This document shows, one piece after another, positions 47,789-56,998 of a DNA stretch of 64,000 nt (its first letter is position 1; the number at the start of each line of letters is the position of its first letter). The stretch is from the NCBI GenBank assembly GCA_934095865.1, contig CAKOKU010000001.1, forward strand, positions 10,812 through 74,811, in the 5' to 3' direction. The position numbers and the translations under genes are program-made. Source of the stretch: an uncultured Bacilli bacterium. GTDB lineage: Bacteria; Bacillota_I; Bacilli_A; RF39; UBA660. A model generated the notes under the pieces. It saw nothing but the letters and a program-made list of their open reading frames with translations. It had not been told where the DNA came from and did not search any database.

Positions 47789-49011
47789 TGAAAAAGGTAA
47801 TAAATTATAGTTTTCGTTTGTTCTTGTGCTTTTTTATGTTGATCCCGTATTTTTTAGAGCCTTTTAGTGTTATGGCAGCGACTAATAATAGCAAAGCAAC
47901 TACAATCGCTGGGTTAAGAAAAGAATTGGAAGCGTTGAAAAAACAGAAGACTGATGCTCAAAATAGCAAAAAACAAACTCAAAGTGAAATTAATAAAAAT
48001 AAACAAGCCGTCGCGGATGCTAGAGCTGAACAAAGTAGAATTGTAGAAGAAGTTGCTGATGCAGAGGCTAAAATAACTAAAAGTAATGAGGATATTTCGA
48101 AGGCTGAACAAGATATGAATACTGTCTTGAAATATTATCAATTAAGTAGTAATCAGAATGAGTATTTAGAATACATTACAGGAGCAACGACACCAACCGA
48201 TTTCATTATGCGTGTCGAAGCCGTGTCACAGATAGCTGGGTATTATAAGTCAAAAGTAGAAGAACTTGATAGTTTAATTAAAGAAAATGAACAGTTAAAG
48301 ATAGATTTAGCTAATAAGAATGATGAATTAGATGAAAAAATTGCTAATACAGATAAGGCTATTAGTAAATTGAATAATGATTTGTCGGCTATAAATGATA
48401 TCAATGATGATATTGATGCACAGATAAAAAACCAACAAAATTTAATTAATTATTATAAGACCGTTTGTAGTAGTGAAACTCAATTATTATCTTCTTGTGT
48501 TAGTGTAACAGCATCTTCTGGCTGGTTAAAACCAGTTGTAAAAGGCCGAATTAATTCTCGTTGGGGATACCGTAATCCAGTATTAAATACAGGTTCTTTC
48601 CATAATGCTCATGATATTGGTGGTAATGCTGAAGGAACCCCTGTTTATGCTGCTGCTGCTGGTACGGTTGCTGCTATTACAGTAAAAGCTAGTTGTGGTG
48701 GTAATAAAGTTTATATTCATGCTAATGTTTTAGGAAAAGCTTATACTATGCAATATGCCCATCTTTTAACTATTAAAGTTAAAGTTGGTGATGAAGTAAA
48801 TGTTAATACTATAATAGGTACTGTTGGTGGTGGGTCGACTGCTGCTAAAAATGGTGGTTATGATACTTGTACTACTGGTACTCATCTTCATTTCGGTATT
48901 TCAAAAGGCTATTATTTGAAAGATTATACAAGGTGGTCAAAATTTATTGCCAATTCTATTGAACCTCCTGGATATCCTAAAACTGGAGTATGGTGGTATT
49001 CAAGAAAATAA
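47785..49011 (+). CDS. Coiled-coil M23 peptidoglycan hydrolase (FtsEX-partnered, EnvC/PcsB analogue)
   Basis: Signal peptide, about 200 aa of heptad-rich coiled coil, and M23 motifs HNAHDIGG and GTHLHFG. Overlaps the ftsX stop. Confidence 0.85.
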   Translation: MMKKVINYSFRLFLCFFMLIPYFLEPFSVMAATNNSKATTIAGLRKELEALKKQKTDAQNSKKQTQSEINKNKQAVADARAEQSRIVEEVADAEAKITKSNEDISKAEQDMNTVLKYYQLSSNQNEYLEYITGATTPTDFIMRVEAVSQIAGYYKSKVEELDSLIKENEQLKIDLANKNDELDEKIANTDKAISKLNNDLSAINDINDDIDAQIKNQQNLINYYKTVCSSETQLLSSCVSVTASSGWLKPVVKGRINSRWGYRNPVLNTGSFHNAHDIGGNAEGTPVYAAAAGTVAAITVKASCGGNKVYIHANVLGKAYTMQYAHLLTIKVKVGDEVNVNTIIGTVGGGSTAAKNGGYDTCTTGTHLHFGISKGYYLKDYTRWSKFIANSIEPPGYPKTGVWWYSRK

Positions 49012-49024
49012 TTATATAAAAATG

Positions 49025-49067
49025 AAAAGAACTATTAGACTAATCTTATTGAGCTAATAGTTCTTTT
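49025..49067 (+). terminator. Rho-independent terminator
   Basis: 14-bp stem AAAAGAACTATTAG ... CTAATAGTTCTTTT followed by a T/A-rich tail. Confidence 0.7.
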
Positions 49068-49453
49068 ATAAAATCTTAAGGACACGAGCCGAAGTAAGGT
49101 ATTAGAATTAGAAAAATATGGAAGTTATATCTTTTGTTATTTGTTTATTTGAAAATTAGTTATAAATGGGGTAATTCTATGGACATAACAGCCAATTGCT
49201 CGTGTCGATTGGTAGATTAACATAAAGTTTTATGGCTTGCAAAGTGCTAAAGTTTATAGATTAGATATATATTAAAATATAAATGTGATAATTAGACTAG
49301 GCAAGTTTGGGTGTTTAGTTATTGTTAAATATCTAATTAAGAAGTTTAGCTAATTTAAAATAATTTGCAGAAAAAATATGGTACAATACTTTGTGGTTAA
49401 TAACTATTTTAAAGAAAGGAATTATCATTTATTGTGATTAATGGCGTGATAAT

Positions 49454-50383
49454 ATGACTTATACAACGAAAACCAAAGATGAAATAGCAAGAATTGAAGA
49501 AGATTTAGTAAGTAGTTTAGCCGAACTTTCGGGTTTTATAAGATTTGACGGTGAAGTAAATCAACATGAAATAATTTTGACAATTGAGAATGCTGCTGTT
49601 GCTAGAAGAATTTATAAATTAATGAAAAATTGTTTTGATATTCGTCCTAAAATAATGGTTCGGGTTCAAAATAGATTTAGAGTTCGTCAATTATATATAC
49701 TTACGTATAATACTAATACGGCTGATATTTTAGAAAAACTTAATATATATAAAAATGGTAAAAAGACTTTGCCGGAAGAGTATTTTTTAGCTACAAAAGA
49801 AGAGAAGGCAGCTTTTTTAAGAGGCTTATTTTTGGCAACTGGTAGTATTAGTAATCCGCAAACAAGTGGTTACCATTTGGAATTTAGTGTTCCTACGAAA
49901 AAGGAAGCTGATTATATTGTTAAGCTATTAAAAGAGTTTAATGTTATATCTAAAGTGTTAAAAAGAAAAACAAGATATATGGTTTATATTAAACAGGCTG
50001 AAATGATAAGTGATTTATTAAAGTTATTTGGAGCGATTAATAGTATGTTTTTCTTTGAAGATATTAGAATATACCGTGATCATAAAAATATGGTTAATAG
50101 ACTTAATAATTGTGAGATTGCTAATCAAGAAAAAACTACTATTACGGGACTAAAACAGTTAGATGATATCAATTATTTAAAAGAACATGATTTAATTGGC
50201 CTTTTAGATGAAAGAATTCAGGAAGTAATAGAGTATAGAGTAAAATATCCAGAAACTTCTTATCAAGAATTGGCAGAAATAGTGTCAGTAGAAACAGGCA
50301 ATCCAATTAGTAAATCGGGAATAAATCATTATTTCCGGAAAATAAAAACTTTGATAGAAAATCATAAGAAAAAACAAGGCTAA
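49454..50383 (+). CDS. whiA: DNA-binding protein WhiA
   Basis: TKDEIARIE...LAELSGFIRFDG, degenerate LAGLIDADG region GLFLATGSISNP, C-terminal HTH. Confidence 0.9.
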   Translation: MTYTTKTKDEIARIEEDLVSSLAELSGFIRFDGEVNQHEIILTIENAAVARRIYKLMKNCFDIRPKIMVRVQNRFRVRQLYILTYNTNTADILEKLNIYKNGKKTLPEEYFLATKEEKAAFLRGLFLATGSISNPQTSGYHLEFSVPTKKEADYIVKLLKEFNVISKVLKRKTRYMVYIKQAEMISDLLKLFGAINSMFFFEDIRIYRDHKNMVNRLNNCEIANQEKTTITGLKQLDDINYLKEHDLIGLLDERIQEVIEYRVKYPETSYQELAEIVSVETGNPISKSGINHYFRKIKTLIENHKKKQG

Positions 50384-50452
50384 TATTATTAATGATGTGG
50401 ACATTGGCCTTAGCTTTTGATAAAATTGACTTAAGATAGGAAGTGTGGTTTT

Positions 50453-51838
50453 ATGGTTGATGACGAAAAAAAGAAGAAAAACAAGTGGATTGTTTTAGGA
50501 AGTATTATTTTGTTAATTCTTTTAGGGTTGTGGGTTAGTTTTTATACATTGATGAATAATCCTAAATATGTGATAACAAAATCTATAACCAAGACTTTTA
50601 GTGTGGTAAAACAAGAAGTTAAAAATGAGTCTTTGTTTGCTAATGACACTTTTAGTTTTAACGTAAAGGCCTCTTTTGGTGGAGATACTCTTAGTGGTGC
50701 TTTAGATGGTGATGTTTTAAAACTTGGTGGTTATTTAGACCGAACAAATAAAAGATTAAGTTTGAATGGTCGCTTAATTGAAGATGATAAAACATTGCTT
50801 GATGGTGTTTTGACAATTAAAGATGATGAAAAATATGTTAGCAGTGCCAATTTATTTGATAATATTTATAGTTTGAAAAATTATGCTTGTGATGATGATT
50901 CTATAATTTGTGATTTTTTAAAAGCTGACTTTTTTGATGGAAATTATAATTATAATTTGGAAGAAATATTAACTGATTTTGAACAGGCTTTTAAAAAGAG
51001 TATAGATAATAATAATGTATTTCGTAATAAAGGTTCCTTTAAAGATAGTAATGCAAATTATAATAAGTATACATATAAATTAAATAAAGATACTTTGAAT
51101 GATATTTATAGTAGATTAAATGATGATAGTAAGAAATTATTATATGATGTTTATTATTTCATTAGTGATGCTGAAGATGTTAATGATGCCAAGTTACTTT
51201 TAGAAAGTGATATTAATAATTGGACAGATAGTTTAGAATTTAATATTTATACAAATGGTTTATTAAATGAATTTAAGGCTTTAGAAATAGGTAATAATGA
51301 TTCTTTTATTAATATAGAGTATAGTAGGGATGATAATGATCTAGTTATTCGTGTACCTGAATATAATATTAAAGTTGATGTATTAGCTAGTAACAATGAG
51401 ATAACAACTACTTTGTATTATAAAAATACTTTATTAGCCCGTGAAATAAAAAAGCTTGAAGATTCTAAAGAAACGATTGATGTCGAAATTTCTTTGATGG
51501 GGGCAAATTTTACTGCCAAGATTATTCATAATTATACTAAGGATAGAACTTCCGTAAATGGTTCATATGATGCGACAATAGATGCTAATTTCTTGTTCTT
51601 TGATTTTAATGGGACGGGAAATATAGAATATAATGTTAGTAAAAATATAGATTCTGGTTATATTGATGTTGGTAAGGCTATTGATATAAATGAATTTACT
51701 AAGGAAGATAATGAGAAACTAGAAAGTACTTTAAATGATTTCTTTAAATCAAGAATTGGTAGCAATATTAGTGATATCTTTGGTGATGGAATTGATGTTG
51801 ATGACGGTATTGATGACTATTTTAGTTTAGAGGCATAA
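50453..51838 (+). CDS. Hypothetical membrane-anchored protein (D/N-rich ectodomain)
   Basis: 461-aa ORF with one N-terminal TM (WIVLGSIILLILLGLWVSFYTL). No motif recognised. Confidence 0.55.
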   Translation: MVDDEKKKKNKWIVLGSIILLILLGLWVSFYTLMNNPKYVITKSITKTFSVVKQEVKNESLFANDTFSFNVKASFGGDTLSGALDGDVLKLGGYLDRTNKRLSLNGRLIEDDKTLLDGVLTIKDDEKYVSSANLFDNIYSLKNYACDDDSIICDFLKADFFDGNYNYNLEEILTDFEQAFKKSIDNNNVFRNKGSFKDSNANYNKYTYKLNKDTLNDIYSRLNDDSKKLLYDVYYFISDAEDVNDAKLLLESDINNWTDSLEFNIYTNGLLNEFKALEIGNNDSFINIEYSRDDNDLVIRVPEYNIKVDVLASNNEITTTLYYKNTLLAREIKKLEDSKETIDVEISLMGANFTAKIIHNYTKDRTSVNGSYDATIDANFLFFDFNGTGNIEYNVSKNIDSGYIDVGKAIDINEFTKEDNEKLESTLNDFFKSRIGSNISDIFGDGIDVDDGIDDYFSLEA

Positions 51839-51877
51839 AAAAATTAGTTTGCAGAAAATGCAAGCTAATTTTTTTTG
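51836..51877. terminator. Bidirectional terminator between convergent genes
   Basis: AATTAGTTTGCA-gaaaa-TGCAAGCTAATT, flanked by an A-run upstream and a T-run downstream. Confidence 0.65.
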
Positions 51878-52347
51878 CTATCAGTGGAACCAAAACCACC
51901 TTTTCTAACTCCCGTAGCATTATCATCATCAGTGATTAAATATTTTTGGAAGATAACTTGACCAATTATATCTCCTTTTTTGATAATTAAATCTTCGGTA
52001 CCAAAGTTCCAGTATTGAAAGAAGAAATGACCATCATTAGTTTCATTACAGTAATAATCAGCATCTATAATTCCAATTGAATTACTCATCATAAATCCCT
52101 TTTTAGGGCCACTACTACGATTTACTAACATATAGAACTCATCTTTTTGACAATATGCTTTAAGACCAGTAGGTATAAGGGTTGGCTTATCTCCATGCTT
52201 GTATGGAGGTATTACAATATCTTCGGCAGCTTCAATATCATAACCAGCTGCGGCCGCAGTTTTTCTTACAGGAATGTGAATATCTTTATCTTCATATCCT
52301 TTAGCAATTTCAAATCCTCTTAATTTCATTTTAATTCTCACTTTCAT
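51865..52347 (-). CDS. dut: dUTP diphosphatase (trimeric dUTPase family)
   Basis: AAAGYDI, NSIGIIDADY, GGFGSTD motifs. The alternative start at 52329 would remove the overlap with nrdG. Confidence 0.85.
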   Translation of the reverse strand: MKVRIKMKLRGFEIAKGYEDKDIHIPVRKTAAAAGYDIEAAEDIVIPPYKHGDKPTLIPTGLKAYCQKDEFYMLVNRSSGPKKGFMMSNSIGIIDADYYCNETNDGHFFFQYWNFGTEDLIIKKGDIIGQVIFQKYLITDDDNATGVRKGGFGSTDSKKN

Positions 52348-52831
52348 ATAATATTATTTTATTGGCTTTTAGTGTTTTTTGAATGTCGATTACTCTTTGA
52401 TTAGAAGAGCCACACCATTTTAATCTTGGGTCGTGTAGTTCTTCTTTGAATTGACCGTCGATTAGAACATCTATATAATTCAAAGCTTCTTTGTTAGGTA
52501 TATTTTCAAATAAATAGCCGGTCCACAACCATATTGTTTTGTTTGGGTATTTTTCTTTAAAAGCTTTGGCTAATTCTTTTGTTGCTTCGATGGTATTAGG
52601 ATGTAATGGTTCACCACCTAAGATTGATAGACCTTTAATATAATCATCTTTAGCTAGATTAATTATTTCTGCTATTTCGTTATTAGTAAAGTCTTGTCCT
52701 TCGTTGAAATCCCATGTTTCTTTATTAAAACAACCTTTACAATGAAAAGGGCAACCTTGCATGAAGATTGAAACCCTTACACCAGGACCATTAGCAATGT
52801 CCATTTTTCTTATTTTATTAAATTTTGCCAT
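52331..52831 (-). CDS. nrdG: Anaerobic ribonucleoside-triphosphate reductase activating protein (radical SAM)
   Basis: GCPFHCKGCFN cluster motif; directly downstream of nrdD. Confidence 0.9.
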   Translation of the reverse strand: MAKFNKIRKMDIANGPGVRVSIFMQGCPFHCKGCFNKETWDFNEGQDFTNNEIAEIINLAKDDYIKGLSILGGEPLHPNTIEATKELAKAFKEKYPNKTIWLWTGYLFENIPNKEALNYIDVLIDGQFKEELHDPRLKWCGSSNQRVIDIQKTLKANKIILYESEN

Positions 52832-52833
52832 GG

Positions 52834-54987
52834 TTAGGCATCCTTATTATCAATATGAATAACACGGTCTTTTATCTCTTGGGTACGGCCTTTATTCCAG
52901 AAGTTAGTACCAATATAACCGCAAGTACGACGCGCAACATTTAACTTATTGTGATCACGATTACCGCAATTAGGGCAATACCATTCTAAATTGTCATCAA
53001 TAAGAATTTCACCTGTATAACCACATTCATGGCAATAATCACTTTTAGTATTTAATTCAGCATACATTATGTTGTTGTAAATAAATTTGATTACTTCTAA
53101 GACAGCGTCTAAATTATTTGTTAAGTTTGCTGTTTCTACATAACTAATAGCTCCACCTGGACTTAATTTTTGGAATTCACTTTCTAATTTTAATTTAGAG
53201 AAAGCATCAATTTCTTCAAATACAGGAACGTGATAAGAGTTGGTAATGTAATTTCTATCAGTGATTCCTTTAATAACGCCAAATCTTTCTTTTAAGCACT
53301 TAGCAAATTTATAAGTAGTAGCTTCAATTGGTGTGCCGTAAACTGAGTAATCAATGTCTTCAGCATTTTTCCATTCGTTACATTTATCTACTAATTTTTG
53401 CATTACTTTAAGGCCAAATTCTCTTCCTTCAGCGCCATCAGTGTGGCTTTTTCCAGTCATAAATTTAACACATTCGTAAAGTCCGGCATATCCTAGAGAT
53501 ATTGTTGAATATCCGTGATGTAGTAAATCGTGAATTGATTCGCCTTTTTTTAAACGGGCAAGGGCTCCGTGTTGCCATAATATTGGAGCGACATCACTGG
53601 TAACCTTTGATAATCTCTTATGTCTTATTTGAAGAGCACGATGACATAATTCTAATCTTTCATCCATTAAACGCCAGAATGTATCCATATCTTTATCACT
53701 AGAAAGGGCAACATCAACTAAATTTAGTGTAACAACACCTTGGTTGAAGCGACCATAATATTTTGGCTTGCCATTTTCATCAACATATGGAGTTAAGAAA
53801 CTACGACATCCCATGCATGGATAGCAGTTACCATTACCATTTTTATCAATTTTATTAGCTTTCATGATTTTTTCTGAAATATAGTCAGGTACCATACGTT
53901 TTGCTGTACATTCAGCGGCTAATTTAGTTAAGTAGTAGTATTTGCCATCAGGATTAATATTATCTTCTTCTAAGATATATAATAATTTAGGGAAGGCTGG
54001 CGTTATATATACGCCTTTTTCGTTTTTCATCCCTTGAATTCTTTGACGTAATACTTCTTCAATTAACATGGCAAGCTCTTCTTTGTATTCAGTAGTTTCT
54101 CCTAGGTACATACATACTGATAAGAATGGGGCTTGACCGTTAGTTGTTGTCATCGAATTAATTTGATATTGGAAAGTTTGAACACCATCGGTAATTTCCT
54201 TTTTTAAATCCTCATCGACAAATTTAGCAATTTGAGCTTTAGTTAGTTTTCTTTCTTTGTACTTTTTCTCATAATATTCTTTACTTGATCTAATAAATGG
54301 AGCTAGATGAGTTAAGGTTACGGTGCAGCCACCATATTGACTAGAGTTAACAGCAGTAATAATTTGAGTAGCAATTGTCATTGCCGTTAGGAAACGATGG
54401 GGTTTTTCAATCATAACGCCATTGATACTTGTACCATTTTGAAGCATATCATCTAGGTCGATTAAGTCGCAGTTGTGTAGTGCATTTTGTGCAAAATAGT
54501 CGGCATCATGGAAATGAATGATTCCGGCATCATGAGCTGCAACAATATCTTCTGGTAATAAGAAACGACGTGTAATATCTGTGCTGGTAATGCCTGCTAG
54601 ATAATCTCTTTGAGTTGTTACTATCTTAGCATTTTTGTTAGAATTTTCAGTGTTCCAATATTCAGATTCACCGTCAATAAGTTCTTTAATAGCTAAATCA
54701 GTAGTATTACTTCTTCTAACTAATTCTCTTGTGTAACGGTAAGTAATATATTTTTTGGCTAATTCGTATTTACCAATACTCATTAGTTTGACTTCAATTA
54801 TATCTTGAATGTCTTCAACTAAAATACGTTTTTTACCAAGTCTTTCTATATATTTAATAATATTTTTAATTTGAATTGGAGAGGCTTGATCTTCTTCTTC
54901 AACTTCATAATTAGCCTTATTAATAGCAGCTTCGATTTTTTCTGGGCACCAATCTACCATGTGTCCGTCTCTTTTAATAACTTTCAT
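52834..54987 (-). CDS. nrdD: Anaerobic ribonucleoside-triphosphate reductase
   Basis: ATP-cone MKVIKRDGHMV, C-terminal Zn ribbon CHECGY...CPNCG, and glycyl-radical motif RRTCGYIG. Start at 54987 (AAAGGG RBS). Confidence 0.93.
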   Translation of the reverse strand: MKVIKRDGHMVDWCPEKIEAAINKANYEVEEEDQASPIQIKNIIKYIERLGKKRILVEDIQDIIEVKLMSIGKYELAKKYITYRYTRELVRRSNTTDLAIKELIDGESEYWNTENSNKNAKIVTTQRDYLAGITSTDITRRFLLPEDIVAAHDAGIIHFHDADYFAQNALHNCDLIDLDDMLQNGTSINGVMIEKPHRFLTAMTIATQIITAVNSSQYGGCTVTLTHLAPFIRSSKEYYEKKYKERKLTKAQIAKFVDEDLKKEITDGVQTFQYQINSMTTTNGQAPFLSVCMYLGETTEYKEELAMLIEEVLRQRIQGMKNEKGVYITPAFPKLLYILEEDNINPDGKYYYLTKLAAECTAKRMVPDYISEKIMKANKIDKNGNGNCYPCMGCRSFLTPYVDENGKPKYYGRFNQGVVTLNLVDVALSSDKDMDTFWRLMDERLELCHRALQIRHKRLSKVTSDVAPILWQHGALARLKKGESIHDLLHHGYSTISLGYAGLYECVKFMTGKSHTDGAEGREFGLKVMQKLVDKCNEWKNAEDIDYSVYGTPIEATTYKFAKCLKERFGVIKGITDRNYITNSYHVPVFEEIDAFSKLKLESEFQKLSPGGAISYVETANLTNNLDAVLEVIKFIYNNIMYAELNTKSDYCHECGYTGEILIDDNLEWYCPNCGNRDHNKLNVARRTCGYIGTNFWNKGRTQEIKDRVIHIDNKDA

Positions 54988-55037
54988 ATAATACCCTTTC
55001 ATGAACATCTTCAATATATCATATCTTCATATTATCA

Positions 55038-55057
55038 ATTGTTGCAATTGCAACAAT
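55038..55057. promoter_or_regulatory. Perfect 20-bp palindrome ATTGTTGCAATTGCAACAAT in the nrdD / crp-like divergent region (candidate operator)
   Basis: Reverse complement identical to itself. Contains TGTTG-N6-CAACA, a CRP/FNR-type 5-6-5 layout. Confidence 0.5.
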
Positions 55058-55097
55058 GATTAATTTTTGGTATATTTTTATTCAGAGGTGTGTCAAT

Positions 55098-55730
55098 ATG
55101 GTTTCATTGTTTCAAAATATAACTCTAAATGAAAAGGGGAAAATTCTTAAATTATTAAACACTACTATCTTTACATATCAAAAAGGTGTAAATGTTTCTT
55201 ATTCATTTAATGACAGTGAGACGGTTGGGGTTATTTTAGAAGGCTCTTTAGATATTGTTAGAATAGATTACAATGGTAATCGAACGATTATAGATACAGT
55301 TTATGAAGATGAACTGTTTGGTAGTTCTATAACTAGTATTATAAATAATGATTATGAGATAGTAACCAAAGAAGAAGTTAGGATTTTATGGATAGATTAT
55401 AATCATATTTTAAAAAATAGTGATACTTCTTTAGCTTATAATCAGTTTTTAAAAAATTTATTATCTATTCTTTTAGAATACAATATTTTAAAAAATGAAC
55501 GAATTGAAATATTAACCCAAAAAACAATCAGAAATAAATTACTAGAATATTTTCGTTTAACTGTTCAAAAAAATAAATCTAAAGTAATTTATTTAAAGAG
55601 TACATGGCAAGATTTGGCTGATTATTTAGCCATTGATCGTTCGGCAATGAGTAGGGAGCTAAAGAATTTAAAGGATGAAGGGTTTATTATAGTTAAAGGT
55701 CGTGTTATTACGCTTTGTTATACTTTTTAG
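55098..55730 (+). CDS. Crp/Fnr-family transcriptional regulator (no N-terminal Cys cluster)
   Basis: cNMP-binding-like beta-roll, then HTH TWQDLADYLAIDRSAMSRELKNLKDEGFI. Start at 55098 (AGAGGTG RBS). Confidence 0.8.
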   Translation: MVSLFQNITLNEKGKILKLLNTTIFTYQKGVNVSYSFNDSETVGVILEGSLDIVRIDYNGNRTIIDTVYEDELFGSSITSIINNDYEIVTKEEVRILWIDYNHILKNSDTSLAYNQFLKNLLSILLEYNILKNERIEILTQKTIRNKLLEYFRLTVQKNKSKVIYLKSTWQDLADYLAIDRSAMSRELKNLKDEGFIIVKGRVITLCYTF

Positions 55731-55831
55731 AAAATTGATGTTTGTTATTTAATTAAGGTTTTAAGATTTATTCTTAAGGCTTTTTTTATAAAATTATTCT
55801 TTAAACATATACTTATTTAGGTGATGTCTAT

Positions 55832-56911
55832 TTGAAGAAAATTGATTATAAGTTATTAATTTTAAGTATTATTGCTGGATTTTTAGGAATTGTGATGATT
55901 TATTCAGCTAGTAATGTTTGGGCCGAGTATAAATTTAATGATCCCTTAAAGTATGTTAAACATCAATTTTTGTTTTATATTATAGGCATATTAATTATGT
56001 TATTTTTATCTAAAATAGATTATCAGAAATATTATAAGTATGCAAATAAAATACTGTTTGTCTGTTTTGTTCTTTTGGTACTAGTGCTTATTCCTGGTGT
56101 TGGTAAGGTAAGAAATGGGGCACGAAGTTGGTTTGGCATCGGTTCTTTTGGCATTCAACCATCAGAGTTTGCTAAAATAGGATTGATAATTTTTGTTTCT
56201 AAGTATTTAGCTAATAATGATAAGAGTGTTAAAGATGTTGTTAAGGGTTTATTTCCTATTTTAGGCATTATTTTTCTTTTCTTTGGACTTATTATGTTGG
56301 AACCTGATTTTGGTCAAGGGATGGTTATTGTTTTAACCTTGATAATGATAATTTTTATTTCTGGTGCCAATGTATCTTTTTTTGTTAAGTGTGGTATTTT
56401 AGGTTTATTTGGTATTGTTGGTCTTATTATAGTTGCGCCATACCGTTTAGCACGTATTATTTCTTTTGTTAATCCATGGGTAGATCCTTTAGGAAGTGGC
56501 TTTCAAATCATTCAAAGTCTTTATGCCATTGGACCCGGTGGCTTGTTGGGACTTGGTTTTGGTTCATCTATTCAAAAACATTTTTATTTGCCAGAACCCC
56601 AAACTGATTTTATTTTTTCGATTATTTCTGAAGAATTTGGCTTTTTAGGAGTATTATTTGTAACGGGAATCTTCTTTTTATTATTTTATTTTGCTATGAA
56701 AATTAGTTTACGTGCTAAGAATTTATTTGCTAAATATTTAGTCTTTGGCTTAGCTTTTGGCATTTTAATTCAAGCTTTACTTAATTTATGTGTTGTTGTC
56801 GGCTTAATTCCTGTAACAGGTGTTACCCTTCCTTTCTTTAGTTATGGTGGCTCTAGTTTATTAGTTTCTTTTGCTTCTATTGGCATAATTTTAAATGCTA
56901 GTAAAGATTAA
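55832..56911 (+). CDS. SEDS-family peptidoglycan glycosyltransferase (FtsW/RodA/SpoVE)
   Basis: TTG start after AGGTGA. QPSEFAK, EPDFG, PEPQTDFIFS, GVTLPFFSYGGSS motifs. Confidence 0.9.
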   Translation: MKKIDYKLLILSIIAGFLGIVMIYSASNVWAEYKFNDPLKYVKHQFLFYIIGILIMLFLSKIDYQKYYKYANKILFVCFVLLVLVLIPGVGKVRNGARSWFGIGSFGIQPSEFAKIGLIIFVSKYLANNDKSVKDVVKGLFPILGIIFLFFGLIMLEPDFGQGMVIVLTLIMIIFISGANVSFFVKCGILGLFGIVGLIIVAPYRLARIISFVNPWVDPLGSGFQIIQSLYAIGPGGLLGLGFGSSIQKHFYLPEPQTDFIFSIISEEFGFLGVLFVTGIFFLLFYFAMKISLRAKNLFAKYLVFGLAFGILIQALLNLCVVVGLIPVTGVTLPFFSYGGSSLLVSFASIGIILNASKD

Positions 56912-56998
56912 TCATAGGCATTTATGTAAAGACATAAAATTTAAAAGACTTTTGTCTTATAATTTGATATAATTAATTAGATAGTAAAGGGGTATTTT

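Noticed and set aside
49118-49159. A 13-codon hydrophobic mini-ORF (MEVISFVICLFEN) in the whiA upstream spacer, considered as a type I toxin or leader peptide.
   Set aside because: It has no convincing Shine-Dalgarno sequence and is too short for known type I toxins. Chance ORFs of this size are frequent in AT-rich spacers.
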